Part shown: positions 1 to 8,533 of the stretch, in pieces
How positions within the stretch are numbered: the stretch's first letter is position 1
Layout of the letters: each line of letters starts with the position of its first letter
IMG/VR virus record: IMGVR_UViG_3300021961_008157
From: a virus
Strand: one strand, 5' to 3'
DNA: 64,000 nt
Position numbers and translations under genes: made by a program
The notes under the pieces: model-generated
The model's input: the letters and a program-made list of their open reading frames with translations, nothing else
Told to the model about the DNA's origin: nothing
Databases searched by the model: none

Positions 1-1052
1 GTCATATATGATAATAAGGTCTGATCAGTTTGCAATACATGCCACCCACCAACATAATTTTTAAATGCATCAGACTGGCTTTTAAAACCTTTTGCTAATG
101 TACTACCTGACTGACTGCTTCTTAGTTGAGCAATGATACTTTGAGGTACTTCTTTTGTAAAATTAATTGACTTCAATATTTCTCTATGAAATCTTGTTGA
201 CTTTTTTTCTGCTAAACTACTACCGTACAATATAACGGGTTCTGGATCTCTTCCTTGGACGGCGCATTTTAAATAATAGTTATCGAATTTTTCTAATTCG
301 TTTAACGATGTTCCTGTTTGCAAACAATAATTTAGCATCATGTGACATTGTTTGGCGTGTAATTCTGGCAAATCCGGTGATACAAAAAAGAATTCCATTT
401 CTGGACGCATCATTACAACTCCAAATGTGCCATCAAGAAAAGTAAAATAATACCCATCATTTTCTTTAATTAAATATGGTTTTTCATGCCCAGTGACTAC
501 ACAATAGTTATTGTTGCTAAACAAACGACTAATAATGGTTTGATCTAGCAGCGGGCAATTATATTTAAAATGAGAGCTAAGATTTTTAGTTACTAAAAAA
601 TCTTCGGATGTTACTTGTGTTTCGAACTCTTTTATACTAACGTCGTCAAATGCAGACTTAGTAACAATTTTTGTAGTTTTGTCTGGATGATTTTGAATCA
701 ACCAATTTACAATGTCTTTTGACATGTATTCTGGATTACTGTTACCTGAATAAGAAACATAAATTTCGTCGATATGTATATTATTGCGCAAGAAAGTATT
801 ATAAACAGTAATCGAATCTGTGCCGCCACTAAATGCCAAAACAAGTTTAGAATACTTGTTTCTTAATTGGTGAGCTCGTTTGTCACAAAGTGACTGAAAA
901 CTTTCTAGCGGCTCAACAGTCCAATTAATAGTGGAAAATACATCGTCATAAAAATCAAACTTTGGAAATGTATGAGTTTCGTATATAGAGGCGTGTAGAA
1001 ATGTTGCATATGGATTTGCAAATTTAACGCCATTGACATTATAGTAGACCAT
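1..1052 (-). CDS. PP-loop (adenine nucleotide alpha-hydrolase-like) protein, runs off the left window edge
   Basis: Not in the ORF track. ATG at 1052 opens a frame MVYYNVNGVKFANPY...LVLAFSGGTDSITVYNTF containing the SGGxDS PP-loop; no stop seen before position 1. Confidence 0.7.
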   Translation of the reverse strand, partial: MVYYNVNGVKFANPYATFLHASIYETHTFPKFDFYDDVFSTINWTVEPLESFQSLCDKRAHQLRNKYSKLVLAFSGGTDSITVYNTFLRNNIHIDEIYVSYSGNSNPEYMSKDIVNWLIQNHPDKTTKIVTKSAFDDVSIKEFETQVTSEDFLVTKNLSSHFKYNCPLLDQTIISRLFSNNNYCVVTGHEKPYLIKENDGYYFTFLDGTFGVVMMRPEMEFFFVSPDLPELHAKQCHMMLNYCLQTGTSLNELEKFDNYYLKCAVQGRDPEPVILYGSSLAEKKSTRFHREILKSINFTKEVPQSIIAQLRSSQSGSTLAKGFKSQSDAFKNYVGGWHVLQTDQTLLSYM

Positions 1053-1086
1053 TTCTAATTATTTTTAGTATTTTGACTTTAATGAA

Positions 1087-2724
1087 TTAACTATTGAAAA
1101 TAGCCTTATTTAAAAATTTTGTTTGATCTGAATAATTAGCATCTAATACTATTTTTTGTTTTAAAAAATAAGAAAGTTCCTTAACAAAATTATCTGTTGT
1201 CATCAATGAAGCATAAAAATAGATATGTGGCAAACACAAAATGGTCTCGTCGATACCAAAAAGAGGAATATTTAATCTAGAGCCTTTGTACTCTTTGTAT
1301 TGTTGATTCACATAATTAAAAGCATTTTTAAATATGGTGTGTGATGTTTTGTACTTTTCGTTAACAAATAAATTATAATACATGTCTATATAGTTTTTGT
1401 CAAGCACATTTATTCTTGACAAGAATCTGCACATCCCAGAAAATATAATCATATGGGAAATGTCTTCTCGAGTGGCCGAATTGGTTGCGACAACAGTATC
1501 TACATTATACTCGCTATTATTTGCAATATTATTAAGATTTAAATTTTTTATTTTATTTTGATCAGAAAAATAAGCAGGAAATGTTACTGCTTTCTCGCTT
1601 TCAATTTGCAATCCGTATTTTTGTATATAAGTTGGATCGCTCATTTCGGTATTAGGTAAAATCTGACATACACTAATAACGTCTGGTAATTCTAAGTGCC
1701 AATCCATAAAACTTTGTAATTGATTAAAAAAGGTTTCTCTGGTTTGCATCGGTAACCCAATAATTAAATCTAGTCGTAGCGGCACCTCAAGTTCTTTTTT
1801 AAATTTCCCAAATGCTTTCCTCCATGGTATTGTTTCGGCACGTTTAATTGCTACTCCGACTTTGTTATCAATGTCTTGTACTCCATACTTGAATCTATCA
1901 ACAAGTGGTCCAAAAATTTTAGCAATTTCAAAACATTTTTCTTTGTTATTTTTAGCCCAACTTACATCAACAGACTGCAATTCTTTTCTTTTATTTTGCG
2001 CAATATGTCTTGCAATTTCTATGTCATCGCGTGATATGCCAAAATTAGCGTCGGCTATTCTTAATATGTTTATCGAACTATTCAATAATATATCTAATTC
2101 TTGTTTTACAGTTGAAAGCAACTTAAATCTCATTTTTTGTCGATTACTATCACCCCATGAACAAAATGTGCAACCATACGGACAACCTCTGTTTGTCTCG
2201 TAAACATAGACAATACTTTCTTGTTCCTCTTTTTTTACTGCTAGCGAGTTAATCAACTCTTGTATTTCAGCGGCGTTGTCCAAAACTGAACTTGATCCCC
2301 ACTCTTTTAAATAATTTGTCACCAGTTTATCTTTAATTTCGCCATCTACTATCTTTGCGAAAATGGTCTCGGGGTCACCAATTACACATGTATCAAAAAG
2401 AGGATCTTCGGCCCATAAAGCAGTTACTTGATAACCACCAGCAATAATTTTACAATTTGGCCACGTTTCTTTTACTTTTTTTGATAAAGATAAGTGATGT
2501 TCTTCGTTCCAAGAATAAACGCTAATAACAAAATAGTCAAGTTGACCGTGCTTTTTTAAATATTCAAAGCACTGGTCAACAGGTGTGTCTCGAACAATTG
2601 GCGTTATCCACTCAAGTTCTTGTTTTCCATATTTTTTGTAATCAGATTTTAGTAAAAAATAAATTGATGGTATATGAATGGAGAAACCCGGATGACTTGG
2701 ATTATGAACGTATATTTTTTTCAT
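1087..2724 (-). CDS. B12-binding-domain radical SAM protein
   Basis: ETNRGCPYGCTFC (CxxxCxxC), N-terminal SVYSWN/IIAGG cobalamin-binding-like region, DANFG and LIIGLP motifs. Confidence 0.85.
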   Translation of the reverse strand: MKKIYVHNPSHPGFSIHIPSIYFLLKSDYKKYGKQELEWITPIVRDTPVDQCFEYLKKHGQLDYFVISVYSWNEEHHLSLSKKVKETWPNCKIIAGGYQVTALWAEDPLFDTCVIGDPETIFAKIVDGEIKDKLVTNYLKEWGSSSVLDNAAEIQELINSLAVKKEEQESIVYVYETNRGCPYGCTFCSWGDSNRQKMRFKLLSTVKQELDILLNSSINILRIADANFGISRDDIEIARHIAQNKRKELQSVDVSWAKNNKEKCFEIAKIFGPLVDRFKYGVQDIDNKVGVAIKRAETIPWRKAFGKFKKELEVPLRLDLIIGLPMQTRETFFNQLQSFMDWHLELPDVISVCQILPNTEMSDPTYIQKYGLQIESEKAVTFPAYFSDQNKIKNLNLNNIANNSEYNVDTVVATNSATREDISHMIIFSGMCRFLSRINVLDKNYIDMYYNLFVNEKYKTSHTIFKNAFNYVNQQYKEYKGSRLNIPLFGIDETILCLPHIYFYASLMTTDNFVKELSYFLKQKIVLDANYSDQTKFLNKAIFNS

Positions 2725-2767
2725 TATTACACTATTTACTCGTCCCGGGCATTTCTACAATATAAGA

Positions 2768-3571
2768 TTATTGACCCAGACCTAGATGCGCAGTCGACGT
2801 CCTTTTGACAAGAAATTCTTTGAAAGCATTTGATTTCAAAATATCTGTTAACGCAGGCAACGTATCCTTGGATAAGGTGCCCATTGACCATAGATCAATG
2901 GTTATATAGCGTTCGTTGTTTTTAGAAGGCCCTGCTAGGAATGGTAAATTATAATGATTTTTCACAGACGACGCTGCTATACATTTGCTACCAGCACTGA
3001 TAACATTTTCAACTCCGTTGGCAATAAAGATCATGTCAACGTCGGTTCCAGCAATTGCAGCAGCCCTTGCAGCACTAAGAGCAGCATATGGAATAGCGCG
3101 AACATTTAATTTCAATGAACTGTTATTCATAAGATCATTCCACTGTGATACTGAGCCTACTGACATAGCTACTTTATAAGTTTGCGAGCCGTTAAGAGTT
3201 GACAATGTAATGTTTGTTTTTGATGGGGCGGTGCACAAATAAAGTGTTGTGCTTGCCAGATTAGTAAGAAATTTAAATGTAGGATAATCTTTCTGTGCAG
3301 GACAACGTGCTGCTGTGTCTTGAAAAATATCGCCCCCGGCCATAACAACAAATGCATTTTGTTGAGTTTTTGCATTTGCCAGTGCATCGTGACAGGATTT
3401 AAAAAACTCTTGTTTGACTGTGTGTCCCTTGCTCCGCAGCCCTTCGACTAACGGCACTGACCATAATTCAGTGCCACCACCGGGCGGATAATAGTAATTA
3501 AAGTGATAAGATTCGGCTGCTGCTGTAACTGATGCAACAGTAAATATAATTGCTGTAAAAAACTTATTCAT
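2768..3571 (-). CDS. TctC/Bug-like tripartite tricarboxylate transporter substrate-binding protein (divergent)
   Basis: Signal peptide, YPPGGGTE motif resembling the TctC PGGxxD motif, adjacent to a TctA-like gene. Confidence 0.6.
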   Translation of the reverse strand: MNKFFTAIIFTVASVTAAAESYHFNYYYPPGGGTELWSVPLVEGLRSKGHTVKQEFFKSCHDALANAKTQQNAFVVMAGGDIFQDTAARCPAQKDYPTFKFLTNLASTTLYLCTAPSKTNITLSTLNGSQTYKVAMSVGSVSQWNDLMNNSSLKLNVRAIPYAALSAARAAAIAGTDVDMIFIANGVENVISAGSKCIAASSVKNHYNLPFLAGPSKNNERYITIDLWSMGTLSKDTLPALTDILKSNAFKEFLVKRTSTAHLGLGQ

Positions 3572-3580
3572 GATTTCTCC

Positions 3581-4906
3581 TTAAAAGTTGAGTAATAAAA
3601 ATCGGAAAATTTCCGATGATACTGATGTTGATAAAAGCATACCAAATATCAGTGCAACGCGAACTGAAAATTCTTTTATAAAAAAACCAGTTAACATTGA
3701 GATCCCAGTTAAGAACAAGTACAAGCCTAGTTGATGGTTGGCTATTCCTTCTGACACGCACACCGCTATGCTTAATGCAATTAATATAGGATAAATTATT
3801 TTGTTTAAATGGATGTATATTGAAACCATGCTTTGGTAAAAAATTCCAGCAATAATCCAATTAACTATATTAGACAGAATCAGTATCAAAATCAATGTGC
3901 TGGACATTGATGCTATAAAATCAAAACTGGTAGAAAGTCCAAAACCATTACGTTCGGCCAACGCCATGATCACTGCTTCTGATGGAATAATGGGCAGCAC
4001 TAAAAATATCAACGGTATCAATACAGTGATAGAAGCTGAATTGTTGGCAGCTTCTGCAGAAATTACTATTTTTTGATTGTTGTTATTGATCTTTTTCTCA
4101 ACTACTGCTGCAACCATCGATGATATTGATGTTCCTACCATTGGCACTAGCCCCATTATTGCACCTATCAATGAGCCGCGCAATGATGACAACACCGGTG
4201 GGAATTTTAATAAATTTTGGAGGCGCGTTCTAAAACCAAAGTCATTCAAATTAATAACAGGAACAGGTAATGTACGCCTTGCATAACTAAAAATTTCCGG
4301 CAACATTAAAAATCCAATGAATACTGGTAAAAATGGAATTCCACTGGGCAAAAAATTTGCCGTGGATAAAAAATATTCTTGTCTTAAAACGTCATATCCA
4401 ATATGTCCAATTATTAGTCCTGTAATTGCAAATGTTAGTGCCAACACCTTTTGTTTGCTTGTAATACTAACTAGCACAATAATCATTGTTAGCAATATTA
4501 ACCTTGGATTGTTGTTAAGAAAGTATTTCATAAAATCAGTATACCGCGTGGCTGCATAAAAAATTAGCACACCAAAAATAGCTGCTATTAAGCTAGATGT
4601 GGCTGTGTTGCTTAATAATTCTGCACCACGACCCTGTCTAAACTCATCATGGCCGTGCTGGACTGCTGGTATACCTGTAATTTCCCCGGCTATACCATAC
4701 ACAATAGATGGTATGCTGCTGTAATACTGTACAGAAGACATCATTACAGAATAAAATACAAACAGTTCAACAACCGGCAATCCGATCAAAATAGGATATA
4801 AAATTAGTATTCCGGAAGCAGGGCCCACTCCCGGAAATATCCCGATTGCAATACCACTGACTATACCAAGCAGTATGACTGGCAACAAATATAATAACTC
4901 ACTCAT
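3581..4906 (-). CDS. tctA: TctA-family tripartite tricarboxylate transporter permease
   Basis: Polytopic membrane protein with GIFPGVG, GLVPMVG and AEAANNS motifs typical of TctA. Confidence 0.8.
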   Translation of the reverse strand: MSELLYLLPVILLGIVSGIAIGIFPGVGPASGILILYPILIGLPVVELFVFYSVMMSSVQYYSSIPSIVYGIAGEITGIPAVQHGHDEFRQGRGAELLSNTATSSLIAAIFGVLIFYAATRYTDFMKYFLNNNPRLILLTMIIVLVSITSKQKVLALTFAITGLIIGHIGYDVLRQEYFLSTANFLPSGIPFLPVFIGFLMLPEIFSYARRTLPVPVINLNDFGFRTRLQNLLKFPPVLSSLRGSLIGAIMGLVPMVGTSISSMVAAVVEKKINNNNQKIVISAEAANNSASITVLIPLIFLVLPIIPSEAVIMALAERNGFGLSTSFDFIASMSSTLILILILSNIVNWIIAGIFYQSMVSIYIHLNKIIYPILIALSIAVCVSEGIANHQLGLYLFLTGISMLTGFFIKEFSVRVALIFGMLLSTSVSSEIFRFLLLNF

Positions 4907-5024
4907 TTAAGCAACTGGTCCAAGATATCAAAATTAAAACGATGATCGTAATAAACTATCGTAACTTTACTTGTATTTGGGTTTGCTTGTAGAAGAACTC
5001 TACTTACGGTCGGCGTTCTGTTAT

Positions 5025-5054
5025 ATTATAACAGTAAAGACATCACTATGTCAA
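5025..5054 (-). promoter_or_regulatory. sigma70-type promoter for the tctA operon
   Basis: TTGACA-18 bp-TATAAT on the minus strand. Confidence 0.65.
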
Positions 5055-5114
5055 GCGTCAATTGATATTCCGACGTCCAATGGCTGGGCGTTGCATCTTT
5101 ATTTATCTTTTGAT

Positions 5115-5188
5115 TGGAGCGGGGTAAGAGAATCGAACTCTCAGCATGAGCTTGGAAGGCTCAGGTATTACCACTATACGAACCCCGC
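5115..5188 (-). tRNA. tRNA-Gly(TCC)
   Basis: Cloverleaf, anticodon arm tgagc-CT TCC AA-gctca, encoded CCA. Confidence 0.95.
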
Positions 5189-5197
5189 AGTTAACAT

Positions 5198-5273
5198 TGG
5201 TGGATCGTGAGAGGCTCGAACTCCCGCCATTCTGCGTGTAAGGCAGACACTCTACCAACTGAGTTAACGATCC
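5198..5273 (-). tRNA. tRNA-Val(TAC)
   Basis: Anticodon arm tctgc-CT TAC AC-gcaga, encoded CCA. Confidence 0.95.
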
Positions 5274-5280
5274 TATTATA

Positions 5281-5354
5281 TGGTGCCCCGCCACAGAATC
5301 GAACTGCGAGCCTCGGATTACAAAACCGATGTTTTACCATTAAACTAGCAGGGC
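5281..5354 (-). tRNA. tRNA-Thr(TGT)
   Basis: Anticodon loop TT TGT AA, T-loop TTCGATT, encoded CCA. Confidence 0.93.
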
Positions 5355-5424
5355 TACTTCTATTTATTGCCTATATTTTCGCCAATAAATTTTGGTGTCT
5401 TCAGAACTGACGTTTTGAATATTT

Positions 5425-7080
5425 TTATTTCAATAAAATCTTAGAGACTAGGACTTGTCCAAAAGTTTCAAATCCTTGATATAATTCTGCATCACAATTG
5501 ATACCTAGTCGATCATAAAGTTTAGTTTTGTATTCAATAGCTCGGACGATTTTCAATCTATCTAGCTTGTTCCAATCTATTTCGCCAAAAGATTTGTTTA
5601 ATACTTGACTCATATCGGCGCCAGCCCCGGCAAAATAAAAAGCAGATTGTCCAGTTACTTTACGGATTTTGTGTTTTTGTCGATAATCATGTAAATCTCC
5701 TACCATCTTTTCTACTTCTAGTCGGTTGGTATGTTCGTTCTCCCAAATCATAGTCCCGGCATGCCGAGAAACTGCGTAAATGTTCTTGTTATCGTTAGAT
5801 GATTGATCGATTTCTCGATATCCATACTTGGTATAATTTTTATCGATATCGCTGAGAAATTGATTATTAAAAGAATGATTACTAGGTTTAATATGAAGGG
5901 CATATACCTCCCATGAATCCAACGGATTATTTTCGCTGAGCAAAAATTGCTCAGTTTGTTTCATGCTTTCTATGCTTTCGTATGGGAGTCCAAAGATAAA
6001 ACTTCCATGAAGACTGACTTGATCTCCGTACGTGTCTTTTATCTTCTGTATTGTGGCGATCAGTTTTTCTCGGTTGCCGCCCTTACCAATAGCAGCAGCT
6101 GATTTAGAATTGAAAGTTTCTATACCAAAATGTGCTGCTCGCAGCCCACTTTTAAAAAGATAATCAATGGTTTCGGGGTGTGCTGCTAACAGATCTAAAC
6201 GGATATATCCCCACCATTCCAAATCAAAAGGCAAGGACTGGGAAAGTTCATACAGCATCTTGCACTTTTCTGGACTGTCGTTAACTGTATCATCACAAAA
6301 AACATATCTAGTGACTCCAAACTTTTCATAGTTATCTATTAGTTCTTGTTGTAGAAGATCAGTACTCCTGACAAAATCCATCTTTTTCTTTCCATTCAAA
6401 GGAAAACTACAAAAGCTACAGTTAAAGATGCAACCTCTGGCTATCTCTATCATGAGTGTTTCGCCTGAGAATATAACATCGTAATCTTCATAATTCATTG
6501 AACAAGAACTAAAATTGTATCCTTGTGCTTTACTGTCGTCGATGATTATAGGTCCAAATATACTCCGATAGCTTTGTTTTAATTGGACAGAAGGATCTAT
6601 CAAATGATTTGCCAAATTTACTATACTCATTTCGGCATAACCTAATACTATATAATCAAAAAATTTATTGTGAGAATTGTCAGATGCAGCAGGCCCTCCT
6701 AGGACTAATCGACAGCGAGGATTTTTCGATTTTATAAAATTTTTTATTGGTTGATTTTTATCAAGGCCATGAGGAATGATCATTCCTGGACTACTGTTTT
6801 TGAGCACCGCTCCGCCATCACTTGTTTGCGTTGCTGTGCTAATGTCTGCATAATAGAAATTATTAACTCCAACAAATAGTGTTTTATCAGATATTAAAGT
6901 ATCTAGTATCTTGAAGATTTCTGTGACAGAAAAAATTGATAAATGATGTATGACTGCTACTTGTATACCATGTTGTCTTAGTGTATGGGCTACTTTATAG
7001 ATGCCATAACTTTTTTTCAAACTAATAATATCTGTATTATCAGCAAACAAAATTACATTAGGTTTGGTATTGTCAAACAT
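5425..7080 (-). CDS. B12-binding-domain radical SAM protein
   Basis: EIARGCIFNCSFC, LVLGGP, DDTVND, FGIET and FIFGLP motifs. Confidence 0.85.
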   Translation of the reverse strand: MFDNTKPNVILFADNTDIISLKKSYGIYKVAHTLRQHGIQVAVIHHLSIFSVTEIFKILDTLISDKTLFVGVNNFYYADISTATQTSDGGAVLKNSSPGMIIPHGLDKNQPIKNFIKSKNPRCRLVLGGPAASDNSHNKFFDYIVLGYAEMSIVNLANHLIDPSVQLKQSYRSIFGPIIIDDSKAQGYNFSSCSMNYEDYDVIFSGETLMIEIARGCIFNCSFCSFPLNGKKKMDFVRSTDLLQQELIDNYEKFGVTRYVFCDDTVNDSPEKCKMLYELSQSLPFDLEWWGYIRLDLLAAHPETIDYLFKSGLRAAHFGIETFNSKSAAAIGKGGNREKLIATIQKIKDTYGDQVSLHGSFIFGLPYESIESMKQTEQFLLSENNPLDSWEVYALHIKPSNHSFNNQFLSDIDKNYTKYGYREIDQSSNDNKNIYAVSRHAGTMIWENEHTNRLEVEKMVGDLHDYRQKHKIRKVTGQSAFYFAGAGADMSQVLNKSFGEIDWNKLDRLKIVRAIEYKTKLYDRLGINCDAELYQGFETFGQVLVSKILLK

Positions 7081-7119
7081 ATGATGTATTTAAAAGTTTT
7101 AAAATAAAACTTTATATAT

Positions 7120-7211
7120 TGGTACCAGCGGAGGGGATCGAACCCTCTCAAGAACGCTAATCTGGCGCTAAAAGTCTTATAAGGACTCTCTGACTACCAA
7201 GTCTCGCTGGC
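7120..7211 (-). tRNA. tRNA-Ile(TAT), atypical, with long variable arm
   Basis: Acceptor gccagcg/cgctggt+A+CCA; anticodon arm gagtc-CT TAT AA-gactt; variable stem agcgc/gcgtt; T-arm gaggg-TTCGATC-ccctc. Confidence 0.8.
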
Positions 7212-7220
7212 ATTAAATTT

Positions 7221-7501
7221 TGGTGCGACTGGCCAGAATCGAACTGGCATGACTTGCGTCGAGGGATTTTCTTACCACTATAGTTTTCACTACCCTTTCG
7301 GTTTGTGGTCTGGACTATACCTTAACCATTGCTTTCGCTTTAGGTCCCCGCCGTCTAGTCTCTACACGTTCCCTTTTGGGTTTCGCTCGGTATTAGCATT
7401 TTACAGCCTTCACCGAATTTGACGGGTTCTACTCCTACCGTTTCCAGTAGGGCACTCAAATTTTCTAAGTCCCTTGTGTCTACCGATTTCACCACAGTCG
7501 C
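7221..7501 (-). tRNA. tRNA-Leu(TAA) interrupted by a group I intron
   Basis: Exons 7467-7501 and 7221-7270 join to give aggga-CT T|AA AA-tccct; long variable arm; CCA. Confidence 0.92.
7271..7466 (-). mobile_element. Compact (196 nt) group I intron, no ORF
   Basis: P (AAATTCGGTGAA), Q (ATACCGAGC), R (GTAGAGACT) and S (AAGGTATAGTCC) elements; follows U34 and ends in G. Confidence 0.9.
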
Positions 7502-7513
7502 ATTATGTGTTCT

Positions 7514-7542
7514 ATTATAGTACACTATTAATTAAATGTCAA
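7514..7542 (-). promoter_or_regulatory. Consensus sigma70 promoter for tRNA-Leu/tRNA-Ile
   Basis: TTGACA-17 bp-TATAAT. Confidence 0.85.
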
Positions 7543-7543
7543 C

Positions 7544-7567
7544 AAAAAAGGCTCCGAAGAGCCTTTT
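7544..7567 (-). terminator. Intrinsic terminator after the porin gene
   Basis: aaaaggctc-TTCG-gagcc followed by a U tract. Confidence 0.85.
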
Positions 7568-7583
7568 ATCTAATTATTAAAAA

Positions 7584-8417
7584 TTAGAATGTGTGCTGCA
7601 AACGAACACGGCTAGTAGCAACATTGGATGCTGCACTAGAGTTTCCATCTACTGTACGATATGCAAAAGCAACACTTGTACGCTTGCTGAGTGCATAGGA
7701 AGCACCAACTTCTTTAGCAGTACCATTGCCATCACTGTAAGCAGCGCCAACAGTTAGAGGACCAACGGGCAGGCTAACGCCAACAGCGTAGCTGTCAGAA
7801 ACGCCAGTTTCGCGACCACTATAACCAGCACCAACTGTTACGCCGGCAACTTTCATAGAAGCACTTGCGCGAACACGCTTGGATGTTTCGTTGTAGTCAA
7901 CACCTGCATCCAATGGGCCAACGGCACCAGTGGCACTCACTGTGTATCCACGAGCAGTAGTAGCATCAACAGCGCGGCTACCACTTACGCCAACCTTAAA
8001 ACCACCGATAGCGGGAGAAGTGTAACCAATGGTATCAATGTTACTAGCAGCAGCTAATACGGAACCGTCGGCACCAATTACTGGAGCGCCAGCATAACCA
8101 CGACCGATAATGCCGTTACCAGCTTCAACTTGGCCGACTGTAACGGAACCGAAGCCACCACCGATAGTGACAGAAGCGTCAGTACCAGCCAATGTTTCAC
8201 CACGGCCATTGCCATTCCAGCCCATTTGTGCAGACACAGACATGCCAGCACCTAGATCTTCAGTAGCTTTAACTACGATCTCAGACTTGGTGATGCCCGA
8301 AGTTGCAACTGCGCCTTCGGCTTTGGTTAAGTCGTAACGCATAGTACCGGAAACGGTTTGTGCTTGAGCAGCACCAAAAGATGCCGCCAAAGCGGCAATT
8401 AAAACGAGTTTTTTCAT
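7584..8417 (-). CDS. Gram-negative trimeric porin (Betaproteobacteria type)
   Basis: Signal peptide ending AAQA; EDLG, YTSP and YALSKRT motifs; C-terminal HTF. Confidence 0.9.
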   Translation of the reverse strand: MKKLVLIAALAASFGAAQAQTVSGTMRYDLTKAEGAVATSGITKSEIVVKATEDLGAGMSVSAQMGWNGNGRGETLAGTDASVTIGGGFGSVTVGQVEAGNGIIGRGYAGAPVIGADGSVLAAASNIDTIGYTSPAIGGFKVGVSGSRAVDATTARGYTVSATGAVGPLDAGVDYNETSKRVRASASMKVAGVTVGAGYSGRETGVSDSYAVGVSLPVGPLTVGAAYSDGNGTAKEVGASYALSKRTSVAFAYRTVDGNSSAASNVATSRVRLQHTF

Positions 8418-8533
8418 TGATTTGTTTTCCTTATGAACAAGCAGAATTTCTGCTTCAGTTTTACTTATCAGTGTTTATACTATAACAAACAAAAGCACAC
8501 AAAAACTGGCGTTTTTGCGCAAAATGGCAAAAT

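Noticed and set aside
1-1052. QueC
   Set aside because: It has SGGxDS but I see no QueC zinc-binding Cys cluster in the visible part, and it lies 30 kb from the que genes
4971-5410. Short ORFs 4971-5210, 5103-5294 and 5207-5410
   Set aside because: They overlap tRNA genes and are spurious
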